DNA from: Mobula hypostoma
Taxonomy: Eukaryota
Length of the DNA stretch: 64,000 nucleotides
Reading direction: 5' to 3'
NCBI RefSeq assembly: GCF_963921235.1
Contig: NC_086097.1
Span: 5,642,001 to 5,706,000, forward strand
The position numbers and the translations under genes were made by a program. Numbering within the stretch: position 1 is the first letter of the stretch; each line of letters begins with the position of its first letter. The notes beneath the pieces were generated by a model. That model saw nothing but the letters and a program-made list of their open reading frames with translations. It was not told the DNA's origin and searched no databases. Below, piece by piece: positions 1 to 11,270 of this stretch.

Positions 1-649
1 ATGTTACAATTAACATTTGGATAGATCACTCTCTTGATGAATAAGACTAGAAACCACATCTTTATTAAATTATCTTGCCTGTAGCATTTTACTCTCTTGG
101 ATGTGTAATGGAAGCAGTTGGGACTTGATTTCCCATTACTCTTCTGACAATATACCATTCCCTTGGTGCTCCCACTCGGGTGTCAGCCTGGATTACTTAC
201 TGAGGTCCCTGCAATGAGACTTAGAGTTACACCATCTTACTCTGAGGGAAGTTGACACTTGAAAAGACAGGAGCAGAATCAGAAACAGGTTTATTATCAC
301 TGACATATGTCATGAAATTTATGTTTTGTGGCAGTTCAAGTTCACGTTTAATTGTCATTCAACCATACACATGAATAAAGGCAAATTAAACATCATTCCT
401 CTGAGGCCAAGGTGCAAAAGACAGTACCAACTGTCACTCACAGTACTCAGCACATACAGTTATGGCAGAAAAATATGCAGTTAGAACAAAAATAATATTG
501 AGAAAAGTAACAAGACTGCCCATAACTTGGACTGTATTATTACTTTTCTCAATAATATTTTTGACAATGACAGGAGACCTGTACGGGAAAGTTTTTAAAG
601 TGCAAAAGTCATTGCACTGGGCAGTTCTGCTGTGCCTTTGGAACTGCAT

Positions 650-2220
650 ATCAGCACGTGGGAGATGGCTTTAACTAGTGTATTCACATTGCAGCGAGAG
701 AGAGCGAGAACAATGTGCGTGGGTAGACAACAGATCAATATGTAGTGCTAAGGAGAGTCATTACTCTGAAAGAAATAGATCCATACATTACACTCCCTCC
801 CTTTAAATTAATGTAATCTAAAACTATATTCAATTCTCTTTCATAAACCATATTCCAAATAAACATGCTTTCACAGTAACAGTCCAAAACTAACTTCGCA
901 GTTCTAAAGGTTCAGTCTTTTGGGTAGCACTCTGTTTCTTTCAGGATAGTACTTTGGGACCTGTGGAGTGGCAACAGATTTGGAAGGTGCTTGTCAAAGA
1001 TAACGTTCTCGTGATGCCTTTAAACCTGCGGAGTAGCATCAAGTTTGTTAGGCGTCTTTTATAACAAATTCTCGGTTTCTGGTGTCATGTTGCTGCCAGT
1101 GACATCATCACTGAGAGGTAAGTCCGGTGACTGTAATGTGTCTGTTCTATTGGATACAATCGATGTAGGTGTGTACTTCAGATGAGCATCAGTATCTGGT
1201 CCACATGACGTCTCCATCTTTGATCTCCAACATCCACAATGTACATCAGTGGTCCAGTTCTTGTAGCTATCCTACCAGGTGTCCACTTGTTTTCTTGGTA
1301 AACACGCCCTGTCCAGCCTCAAAGCTCCTTGCTGCTTCACTTGGTAACTGGTTGGACTGTTTACTCTCCTCTTCTCTCCATAGATCTGATTTCAGGAGGT
1401 TGATGCGAGACCTCAGACTTCTGTTCATGAAGATCATTGCAGGTGTTTGATTTGTGATCGTATGAACAGAGTTCTGATACACAAATTGTTGTCCAGTAGA
1501 GGAATGTCTCCTTGTTCATTGCTTTAATGGATTTCTTGAACACTTGGATAAACTTTTCAGCTAACCCATTCATTGCTGGGTGGTGTGGAGTGGACTTGAA
1601 ATGTCTGATGCCATTTTTCTTCATGAATAGTCAGAATTTTTCTGATGTGTATTGTGATCCGTTATCACTCACAATCTGTTTCAGTAAGTCGTTTTTGCCA
1701 AAGATAGTCCTCCAGGCAGAGACAGTTTTACTGAAGTGGTTAACGTCATTGGTATAACCTCTGACCACTTTGAATGAGTATCTACAGCAAACAGAAACAT
1801 AGGGTCCACGAATGCACCAGCAAAGTCAATATGTACTCTTTGCTTTAGTGAAGATGGCACTCCCAAGGTGTGACAGTGCCTGTAGGGTGCATTTTGAAAC
1901 TTTTGGCATCTCGAACAGCTTTTGGCCAATTCTTCAATCTATTTATCAATTCCCTTCTCAATTAGCATTAAGTAGTTGTGCCAGTCTCTGGTTAGTGCTG
2001 CCATTTGGGTTGTAGTTGCCTGTTGATGCCACACTGAGAGCTTTGATTGAGTTCCAGTCTAGTTGGGTTTTTCTCAACCATTCACATCCAAAAAGTGCTG
2101 GCCCTCCACTTTTCAACATATAAAGCTCTAACTGCTGTGTCTGGCCTCCACAGGGTACATTAACATTCAGTTTGCCTTTGGGAGACACTTCTTCATCTGT
2201 TTAGGTCTCTAGTATCACTG
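650..2220 (-). mobile_element. Degenerate Ty3/Gypsy LTR retrotransposon (Mag/K02A2.6-like): protease end joined to integrase, PPT, partial 3' LTR
   Basis: Minus-strand ORFs give GGPALFGCEWLRK (protease C-end, 1958-2188), CSRCQ and RVHIDFAGAF..FLFAVDTHSKWSEV (integrase zinc-binding region and first D, 1681-1929) and STPHHPAMNGLAEKFIQVFK (integrase E motif, 1361-1624). Polypurine tract AAAGGGAGGGAG lies immediately before TGTAATG (LTR edge at 792). Left boundary is approximate. Confidence 0.85.
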
Positions 2221-2224
2221 AGAT

Positions 2225-4153
2225 CTCCCCTCTCCCTTACTCTACAGCTGCCCACAAAAGCCTGCGGATGAAAGTGACAAAAACAAGAAGAACCATGCTG
2301 GCTCAGACGTCGCCTGGAGTTACAAGACCCGCACCAGTGGTTGGGGAACCAGGACTACCTGCGAGAAATTGGTTACCGGAACAAACCATAAATAGACGAG
2401 CTGGACAACATAGAATTAATGGAATGCTACTTTAACAGCAACCCACATGAAAGAGGAAATATTGACACGTACCCCGTGACGGGTTAAAGGACCAGCAGAA
2501 ATGGAAAACACTTTGGAGTCCAGCATTACTATTAACTAATGGTATTTATTAGTAACTATGTAATACAGTAATATAAATGCAGATAAATAAAACAGGTTAG
2601 CAATGATTATATACAAGTAAGTATGGAAATATATGAAAACCAAACTTCTTCATGTCTAGCGGTAAATAAATAGTCTTATGATGATGAGTAAAGTTCAGTT
2701 CAGTTTGTGGTATTCAGTTGAGTAGTGATGGAGAGAGAGAGAGGTAGAGATTTAAGTCTTCAGGTGAGCTGACACCGTCGATCTTCCCGTTGTCCTCCGA
2801 AATCCTTTAGAAGTCACCGACTGTGACCACAACAAAGGGGACCATTCTTCTGTAGTGGAATTATCAACCCAGGTGAGGGTTGGACACATGAATAACTCCC
2901 CACCAGTCACACCCTTTTCACACTGCGGGAGCCACTGATCGATTCGCCTGACTGATCCTCCAAAACCCACCTTTTCTGTAGTCACAACAAAGCTCATTCA
3001 GTGTCCAGAACCATGTGTCAGTAGGTCTAACAGCTGACCTTCTATTTATCTCACCGTACTGAATACCAACTGTGCATCAAATAGCTCCTCCCTTCTCTCC
3101 ATGTAAGAACTTGGAAGCTGCTAGTGTCCTTGCAAAAGTGTAAACAAACTGTGAGCAGCCTTCGCCTCTCTCTCTCTTTCTTTCTCTCTCTTTTTAACAA
3201 GGTGTTTGTGTTCCACAAAATTCACTCTCTTTTAAAAGCATAGTTCATAGGGTTAATTCAGGACCCCGTCACAATATCAAGCACATGTGGAAACATCTGG
3301 CAAAAATGAAGACCGTCATCCACATTCACGGAAAAACATCTAGCTACCCAGCGATCAAACATTATCAACAGAGGATTGCTATTACATCTTGAATTGGAAG
3401 ACATAAAGTCATGATCCACCCCAGCAACATCACTGCAGAACTGAGCCAATCGGGAAATACAAATTCAAACCCCACCTCCACAACTGACAGATAGCGCAAA
3501 GGAAATAGCATCACCTTTTATATGGGAAGTGAAAGTTCAAACCTCACCTTGGGGCTTATCAATGGCGGCTGCTGTAATCAGAGAGAAGATCAAAGCTAAC
3601 CTAGCGACTGTCAATCAACAAACCAGATTCCCCTTCCCCAGACTCAGTGACAGCATTCTATCAGACAGCATGCTAGGAGCAGCCTATGCAGCACCACTCA
3701 CAATTGCAACCTCCAACATGACTGAGACCTATAACCTGATATATGCATTGGCAGCAGCAGTCCTAGAAATGCTAGGCTACAAAATGAAATACTGTTATAA
3801 CCACCACCCCCGGAGACGATGATTGGAAGCCAGGATGAAAACCACAAAAGTGGAGGTCAATAGACTAACTAAGCTGCAGAAAGGAGGAAAGACCAAAGTC
3901 CTATCTCGGCTACTAAGGAAGTACAGAGATAAATCCATAGCCGAAGCACTGGAAACTGCCAAGGGTGGTTAACAGCTCTGGCTACCAGACCACAGAGGTA
4001 CACTAAGAACACAAAGGCCAAGCAAATAAATGCACTCTTTTGCAAAAAACCAGGAAAAAGTATTCACACAGTTCTAGAACATCAACACGCCAGTACATGA
4101 ACCAATCAAAGCAGCAAATGAGGAGTACTGGAAGGATATATGGGAGAAAGAAG
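2225..4153 (+). mobile_element. 5' part of a Rex6/R4(Dong)-like non-LTR retrotransposon, degenerate, split by a solo LTR and cut off by an LTR element
   Basis: Translated pieces MLAQTSPGVTRPAPVVGEPG, ELMECYFNSNPHERG, STFTEKHLATQRSNII..GLL..LELEDI, TETYNLIYALAAAVLEMLGYKM, SIAEALETAK and EYWKDIWEK match my recollection of the fish Rex6 ORF N-terminal half. The copy has stops and frameshifts, and no RT domain is present. Confidence 0.7.
2463..3273 (-). mobile_element. Solo LTR (family A)
   Basis: TG...CA termini (TGACACG / GTCACA), 4-bp TSD ATAT at 2459-2462 and 3274-3277, AATAAA on the minus strand near the left end. A second copy lies at 12528-13479. Confidence 0.85.
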
Positions 4154-4976
4154 TGAAACTCCTTTTTACCAGGCATTTCTAGAACAATGGTTAGTTAGCC
4201 CTTCGTTAACAAGCCAATGGACTTAGCTGTGAGAAAACCACCTTCCCAAACTCCATACATCTAGGATCGATATGACTCTGGTTCCACCAGACTGTGAGAG
4301 CCAGGATGTTTCCAACACCCACACCCCCGCAATCAGAGAAAGCACCGTGTAAATGCTGCCCACTTGCAATTACCCATTGGCAAGAAATAACAGATTGTAC
4401 ACTGCATACAGTTATAAAGGAAGTATACTTATAAATTTCATCTTTATCAAACAGTTAGTAGGAAAAAGAAAGAAAGAAAATGGCCCATTACAATTAACCC
4501 AGTCCAAATATGCACATAAGCTGGAGCTCATTTTGCAGCTGACTTTAACTCACGTGCTGAAGCCACAATCTGTGTGAAAGCACTCATTACCTTCCGAGTG
4601 TCGCTGGACATCCATCTCAAATGAAAGGACTCCCCCATGGGAATATTGGCCCTTCCTCCTTGAAACCATTCTTCTGCACAAAGCACCTTGCATAACAAGG
4701 ATGGCATCCTCAGCCTTCTTCCCTCCTGTCTTCTTTCAGCTCTCATCAAAAGCTGATGACCCACACCAGAGTCCAAACTTCTCCACCAAGCATTTTCTAT
4801 AACCTTTTCCCATTTCCACCATCCTGATTGGCTGACACAATGTTCCTAAGTTGAACATAGTCCCTTATCTTTAGATCAAACCCAAACATGCTTAAAGCAG
4901 ACAGATTGCTCCAACAAAACTGCTAAAATGAAACCTCTACAGCATAGCAATAAAAAATCTTCTCCAGAGCATTACA
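4154..4976 (-). repeat. 3' LTR of the PNMA-gag element
   Basis: TG...CA (TGAAACTC...CATTACA). Preceded on the minus strand by PPT GGTGGGGGAGAA (4977-4988). Aligns by eye to 6974-7585. Confidence 0.85.
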
Positions 4977-5479
4977 TTCTCCCCCACCAAAAAGGTACTA
5001 GCCTGTCTATGGGTTTCCTGACTCTTTGAGAGCTCCTTATCCCATCTTCGGCTCCTCCAAATTCAACCAGCCCCTGTGGCTCTTCCTGTGTACCAGAGAG
5101 TGCTTCCTCCTGTCTATCACTCGTGTCTTTCAGCCACTCAGGTCCCCCCGTTCTGTGACTGAACTTAATTTCCTTCAGTTTAAGCAGATGCTGACAAACA
5201 TCTTCAGTCTCTGCTTGTTCTTAATACTAAATGTGTCAAATACTGGTTGCAAAAGGATCTATAAAGCAAAGTAACTTGAGAATGTTCATCAAGTATGGCC
5301 TTAGCATAAACACCTTCAAATGGATGGATACATCAGAGTTTGGTCCCACTAAACCTTCAGGAATAGTGCTTTGTACTTTAGTATTTTCCTTGATACACTG
5401 GTAGGAATGTATCCTCTCTGAAACACCAGTCCATTCCTTTACTGGGTCCCTCCGTAGTTTTACCTCTTTTCTTCACTGT

Positions 5480-6860
5480 TTGATTAACCGCTGACTTACT
5501 TTCCAAAGATTTTCCTGTCCTTCAGAGTCTCTGTTGAAATGTCCATCTTCTCCACAGTTGCAACAGGAAACACTGGTCACCTACCTGGTCGAGGGACCTC
5601 ACTCAGTGGCAGCCTTCACCTTGGTACGTCTCACCAGTGAGTCCGGCTTCCTATAGGTTTTGTCATGCTTGGTGGCAGCACCAGCTGATATAATCCATAA
5701 TACCTCATTCTCAGATCTTTCCCCATATCCTGCAAAACCCCCGCTTGTGTGGCATCGGGGATGCTTTAGCAACAGAGGTTACTACTGAGGACTGTACCCT
5801 GCTGATGGAGGCAAACCGCTCTTCCATCACGTTTTCCTCCTCTCTAGCTTCTCTGAGTAACTCGGTAAAAGATGGAGGAGGATGCATCTTGTGGGTCATT
5901 CGAACATGTAGAGCAATCAGGTCATGTGACAGCGCGCCCTTCACAGCTTGCTCCGTCCTCAAGCGATTTCTCTCAGACAGTAGAATGGCCCCTTTGTGGC
6001 ACCAACAATGCAGCAGCTTCTCCAACCTGAAAATGTGGGCAGACAACTTCTCTCCTTCCTCCTGGAATGCGTGCCTAAACTTCATCCTAAGGTCGGCTAC
6101 ACTTCCAACAGTGCCAAAAGCATCTTCCAAAGCTTGCAGATAATTAGTTGATGTGGCTAATAGATTTTCTGCCTTGAGGAACCTCACTATATCAGCAGTT
6201 GGCTCCTTTAAGCTCTCTACCAGTGTCTGTTTTTTTGTATTATCTGAGCACGGCCACTCATCCAGTAACTGAGATGTCTGCTCAGCCCAAGCCTCATATT
6301 CTTCTTCCCCATCAGGTGTGGGCTTGACCCCAGAGAACACTCCCAGCCTACAATAACTTTGGCTCTCTGCAGGTACACTTCTGCATTTATCAACCAGCCA
6401 AAACCAGCTCAGAATGTAAATCAACAGCTGAAGGACCCATTAGCCCTTTCACATCAGACAACTCCTTCTCCTCACTCTGCAAAAATGAGAGCAACTTGTC
6501 TTTAAAGTCTCCGCCCTCAGCTACAGGAAACTTGCCTTCCAGTTTGGCACCCTCATCTTCACTCCCCACTTCTCTGAGAGTATGGACGGCCCATGGCTCT
6601 ACTTCTCCAGGTGTCCCAGTGGCACCAGGCAGATCCGTTCCCATTATGCCCCTGCTAATCTGGACGAACACAGCATCCTTACCAGCCAATTGATCAAAAT
6701 GCCATTCAACAAGGGTAACTTTCCCTAATACTTTAATGGTACTTAAACCCCTGATCAACAATTCATCTGGGCTACAGATATCACCCCTGCTCAGAACACA
6801 AGCATTAGTTGCGAGTAATCTCTTTGAATCCCACCAAAGCTTAGTCTCTGCAGCACCCAA
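5480..6860 (-). pseudogene. PNMA (paraneoplastic Ma antigen)-like retrotransposon gag, frameshifted
   Basis: ORF 5711-6424: YCRLGVFSG..EEEYEAWAEQTSQLLDEW..KKQTLVESLK..YLQALEDAFG..KFRHAFQEEGEKLSAHIFRLEKLL (PNMA capsid with MHR-like QxxGE). The upstream ORF 6390-6911 resembles the PNMA N-terminal domain. Frameshift near 6400, start apparently TTG, damaged knuckle CCNCGEDGHFNRDS near 5510-5570. Confidence 0.8.
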
Positions 6861-6953
6861 AATCAAGTATCTTAATTCTTTCCCAAGCATGAGTTTAACC
6901 ACACAATCCACTTAATAAATTCTTACAACACATTCACAATATTAACAAATCAG

Positions 6954-6972
6954 ATCCCGGATGAGCCCCACA
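6954..6972 (-). promoter_or_regulatory. Primer-binding site, tRNA-Pro type
   Basis: Minus strand TGTGGGGCTCATCCGGGAT immediately inside the 5' LTR, versus the canonical tRNA-Pro PBS TGGGGGCTCGTCCGGGAT. Confidence 0.8.
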
Positions 6973-6973
6973 A

Positions 6974-7585
6974 TGGAATCGCTTTTTACCGGGCGTCTCT
7001 AGAGACATGACTGGTTAGCCCCTCACTAACAAGCTAATGGACTCACTGGTGAGAGAACCACCTTTCTTGAATTCCGTACGTCTAGGGTTGATATGGCTTG
7101 GAGCCCACCAGACTGGGTGAGCTGGGATGTTTCAACCACCCACACCTCCCAATCGGAGTGAAAATTTTTAAAATGCTGCCCACTTGCAATTGTCCGGAAG
7201 AAATAACAGATCATACACCACATACAATCATAAAGAAAGTATATTTACAAATTTCAGCTTTATTGAACAGTTAGAAGGAAAAAGAAAAGAAAAGAAATAA
7301 AAAGGGCCCATTATAGTTATCCCAGTCCAAATGTGCACATAAATTAGAGCTCATCTTGATGGGCTCTTTAACTCATATGCTGGATCCACGGTCTGCGAGA
7401 AAGCACACACCACCTTCTGAATGTTGTTTGAAATCCATCTCAAAACATGGGTCTCCCAGGGGAGTATTGGTCATTCCTCCTTGAAGCTATCCATCTGCGC
7501 AAAGCACCTTGTGCAACAGGGTCGCATCCTCAGCCATCTTCCCTCTTGTCTTCTCCCAGCTCCCACCACAAAGACCTTGACCCAC
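6974..7585 (-). repeat. 5' LTR of the PNMA-gag element (truncated)
   Basis: Colinear with 4154-~4770; ends at the (CA)n microsatellite 7586-7616. Confidence 0.8.
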
Positions 7586-7587
7586 AC

Positions 7588-7616
<29 letters not shown>

Positions 7617-7619
<3 letters not shown>

Positions 7620-8052
7620 AAACAGAGAGAACGATGTTGTTTACTTAAGTACCGATGGCTTAGACTGTGGATTTCAGCTGTAGGAGTCGCAAACAGGAAT
7701 ATTTCATGATTCCCATCAGAGATGTACATGAAAAGTCGCCACGTATCGGTGCCATCTCGAGCTATTGGATGTTGGACTCTCGCCATATTCCACCGAAATA
7801 CAACTCTGGGCGGCACGGGAGGTCGTTCCTGCCTGTGGCCATCGAACTTTGCAGCTCCTCCCGTGGAGGGTCAGACACTCTGAGCCAATAGGCTGGTCCT
7901 GGACTTATTTCCATCTGGCATAGTTTGCATTTTGTTGTTTGATTGTTTGTGGTTTTTGTATTGCTATATTTATGCTCTATTCTTGGTTGGTGCAGCTGTA
8001 ACGAAACCCAATTTCCCTCGGGATCAATAAAGTATGTCTATCTATCTATCTA
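7617..8052 (+). mobile_element. Non-autonomous Rex1/Babar LINE derivative (short copy)
   Basis: 7770-8052 closely matches 10138-10420, including RSFLPVAIEL and the tail AATAAAGT..(TCTA)n. Confidence 0.7.
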
Positions 8053-8589
8053 TCTGGACAAAGGCGTAGAGGGAAAGTGTGAGGGAGAAACAAATGAAAT
8101 AGATTAAACAAATTAAGGGAAAGTAAAATAAAGGGACTGACAGAATAACCAACTCTGTTAATGGGTAGCATCTGAATTGTTTTGTCATTGATGGATTCAT
8201 CATAACATCCCATTCCCAAGTATTTGTGTAATAATCTTGAAAACATATGTAATGTCCGTCTGATATAAACCATATTCATACAAGACATTTTACAACAAAC
8301 GGAGTTGTAATTTAAACAATTTATGGCACTAGAAACACTGACAAACTTATTACAGAGAAAGATTACTTGCTCTTAATTACTCCCATGGAGTGACTGGCAA
8401 GGAAAAATGCATGAGGAGGCTGACAATTCTAATGCTCTTCACTTTATTATTAATCATGGGAGGCTGACAACAGAGGAATTTTATTGCCATAACCGGTATT
8501 CAGAATTAACAACCCAATGAGATGTTATATTTCTGTCTGTCAAGGATGCTCTCCGGTTTTTAATTAAAGTGCACAAAAATACTTATTCC

Positions 8590-9165
8590 AAAACACAAGA
8601 ATACAAGACCACCGCGGTAGCACAGTGGTTAGTGCGATGCTATTACAGCTTCAGGCATCGGGGTTCAGAGTTCATTTTCAGCATCCTCTGTATAAGTTCA
8701 CACGTCCTGTCCATGAATATATGGGTTTCCTCCCACAGTCTAAAGACATACAAATTGATCATTGTAAATAGTCCTGTGATTAGGCTGGGGTTAATTAGAT
8801 GGGCATGCAGCCTCTATATTCCTTATTTTTTAATGATGATAATACTGCAAAATATTTCATCATGGTAGCCCAGCGGCTAGCATGACACTATTACAGCTCA
8901 GGGTGTCAGAGTTCAGAGTTCAGAGTTCAATTCTAGCGTCCTCTGTCAGCCATTCAGCGTCCTCACTGTGACCACCAGGGTTTCCTCACAGGACAGTTTA
9001 CAATGACTAATTAACTACTAACCCGCTCCAAAGATGTATGGGTTAGTAGGTTAATTGGTCATTATAAATTGTCCTGTGATTATGCTAGTTTAAATTGGTG
9101 GGTCGCTGGGTGGTGCCATTGGGCCAGAAGGGCCTGTTCCACAATGTAACTCTAAATAATAAAAA
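8590..9165 (+). mobile_element. Two adjacent HE1-like V-SINE copies
   Basis: tRNA-like head (GGTAGCxxAGxGGTTAG), GGGTTTCCTC / TCCAAAGA V-domain-like core, AATTGGTCATTxTAAATTGTCC, and CR1-like tail GGGCCAGAAGGGCCTGTT. Confidence 0.6.
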
Positions 9166-9179
9166 AAGAGATTCCGCAG

Positions 9180-9478
9180 ATGAAGAAATTCCAAGGTATC
9201 ACACACAAAATGCTGGAGGAACTCAACAGGCAAGGCAGTGTCAGTGGAGGGGGATAAAGAGTCGATGTTTCAAGCTGAGACCCTTCATCAGAACTGGAAG
9301 AGAAGAGGAGGTTGGGAGGAGAGGAAGGTGGTAATGGGTGGGTGGGTGGGTGGGTTAGGGAGGATGAAGTAAGCAGCTGGGAGTCGATATGAGAATATGG
9401 TAAAGAGTAAAAGAAGCAGGAAGCTGACCGGTGACAACAATGGACCGTGGGAGAAAGGGAAGGAGGAAGCAAAATGAG
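9180..9478 (-). mobile_element. Penelope-like element 3' fragment
   Basis: Family tail TGCTGAGTTCCTCCAGCATTTTGTGTGT, hammerhead motif and pyrimidine-rich tract, all shared with 39434-39850. Confidence 0.75.
9259..9296 (-). ncRNA. Minimal hammerhead ribozyme motif (PLE-associated)
   Basis: Minus strand CAGTT-CTGATGA-AGGGTCTCAGCTT-GAAA-CATC-GACTC. Confidence 0.6.
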
Positions 9479-9683
9479 AATCAGATTTAAGATCACCAGA
9501 TATGTTGTGAAATGTGTTAACTTCCAACACTAGTCCTATGTTCTAGGTTCTATTTCCTAACAGATCAAAGTTCAAAGTATATTTATTATCAAAGTATGTA
9601 TACTATATACAACATTGAGATCCATCTCCTTGCAGGCAGACACATGATAAATAAGTATAGAGAAAAAAGCTGACTAACACTAA

Positions 9684-9714
<31 letters not shown>

Positions 9715-10420
9715 TATTCAGTTTAGTGAGCAGAGCAGCGGACACCCCGGCTGAAATCTGGAGGAAAACATACAGAGGATGCAGAGGGGGATCACAAAGG
9801 TGAGGAAAGCGGACCGGGTCAAGACAACAGAGATTTATGGAAAAGAGAAGTTGGGTGGGTAATAAAATGGACGAGTTCACGGCGCTAGCCAGGCATCAGA
9901 GAACATTTCGGGAGTGCAGTGTTATGTGTTTTACTGGAACGGGGCTGCACGAGGACATACCCGATCAAAACTTTTCCATGGACGGCTTCCAGACCGTTCG
10001 GGCTGACCGGAAGTGCACTGAGAGTGGTAAGCGTGAAGGAGTTGGGGGCTTACTGTTCTGTTTAACAACAGATGGTGCAATCCAGGTCATATTACGATTG
10101 AGGAACGTGTTTGTAGACCAGATATTGAACTTTTTGCTGTTGGACTCTGGCCATATTCCACTGAGATACAACACTGGGTATCATGGGAGGTTATTCTTGC
10201 CTGTGGCCATCGAACATGCAGCTCCTCCCATGGAGGATCAGACACCCTGAGCGAATAGGCTGGTCCTGGACTTATTTCCATCTGGCATAGTTTGCATTTT
10301 GATGTTTGATTGTTTGTGGTTTTTGTATTGCTATATTTATGTTCTGTTCTTGGTTGGTGCAGCTGTAATGAAACCCAATTTCCCTCAGGATCAATAAAGT
10401 ATATCTATCTATCTATCTAC
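9715..10420 (+). mobile_element. Non-autonomous Rex1/Babar LINE derivative (endonuclease N-part fused to 3' end)
   Basis: NKMDEF..FRECSVMCFT..LHEDIPD..DGFQTVRADR..ESGKR (APE endonuclease start) joined at ~10157 to the ORF2 C-terminus and a (TCTA)n tail. Confidence 0.8.
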
Positions 10421-10549
10421 TACGGAGGGTAGTACCCATGATGGAGCTGACTAATTTTACAAGTTTATACAACTTATTTTGATCTTGTGCAGAAGCCTCC
10501 CACCCCCCATACCAAATGGTGATTCAGCCAGCAGGGACACCAGACTGGT

Positions 10550-10805
10550 TCACTGCCCTATCCTATCAGATTACTTCTTCTTCCACATTTTACCTCCTAG
10601 CTTTTTATTGTATTCCTGCTCCCCCACCCAACACCCACTCACTTGCTAATTTGAACACCTCCCTCTCCCACCACCTTCTTGTTCTGGCTTCTGCCCCCTT
10701 CCTTTTCAGTCCTGATGAAGGCTTTCGACCCAGGGTGTTGACTCTTTATTCCTCTCCACAGATGCTGGCTGACCTGCTGAGTTCCTCCAGCAGTTTGTGT
10801 TTTTT
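10550..10805 (+). mobile_element. Penelope-like 3' fragment with decayed hammerhead (10707-10743)
   Basis: CAGTC-CTGATGA-AGGCTTTCGACC...GTTGACT with GAAA lost, followed by the family tail. Confidence 0.65.
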
Positions 10806-11069
10806 TTCCAAATTATCATGGATTGAGATTCTTCAAAATATTTTAAACCAGAAAATCAAAGCTAGACTGTAATCCTAAATTTACATATGCAACTATTACA
10901 ATTCTTAACTCATAGACATTCATTACTTCTGGTAGGCGTGGACCATCAGCTTCAAAGACTGACTGCCTGTAAAAATAGTAATATTAACCAAAAGCAATTT
11001 TGATCTAATTGATCTGGAATATCTTTGTTTATTTATGTCTTTAAAGTAAAGCTGGTGGTTGGTTCCTTA

Positions 11070-11270
11070 AGATTGGCATTATCAGGGGTTGGGATAAGCT
11101 TCCACTACCCATTAAATGCTCCCAATTGCCTACGTCTCTAATAAGTTCTGACAATCATGTCCAGCTCCTAGCCTTCACGTCTGGCTTAGCTATTAAGCCC
11201 AGCAGAACTGTTTCTACTGATGAGAGAAGGGGCAAAGGTGGGTTACTGGCCCTAAAACCAGTTGCTTCGG
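11070..11270 (+). mobile_element. RTE-related non-autonomous repeat (family R1), partial
   Basis: Matches the reverse complement of 14350-14490/15340-15400, 38100-38300 and 44790-44950. Confidence 0.55.

Larger units (their letters stand above)
4154..7585 (-). mobile_element. Internally deleted Gypsy LTR retrotransposon with PNMA-like gag
   Basis: Two related LTRs (4154-4976 complete; 6974-~7585 truncated at a CA repeat), tRNA-Pro-type PBS, PPT, gag, a protease remnant, and an integrase C-tail RSSQRVRKPIDRL directly before the PPT. RT, RNase H and integrase core are absent. Confidence 0.85.

Noticed and set aside
5711..6911. Domesticated host PNMA gene
   Set aside because: It is still flanked by LTRs, PBS and PPT, and has a frameshift near 6400, a non-ATG start and a broken zinc knuckle, which indicate a decayed retrotransposon gag.
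11160..11210. HDV/CPEB3-like ribozyme (TTCACGT loop) in repeat R1
   Set aside because: The flanking P3 and P1/P2 pairings could not be built, and the loop is not conserved in the other three copies.
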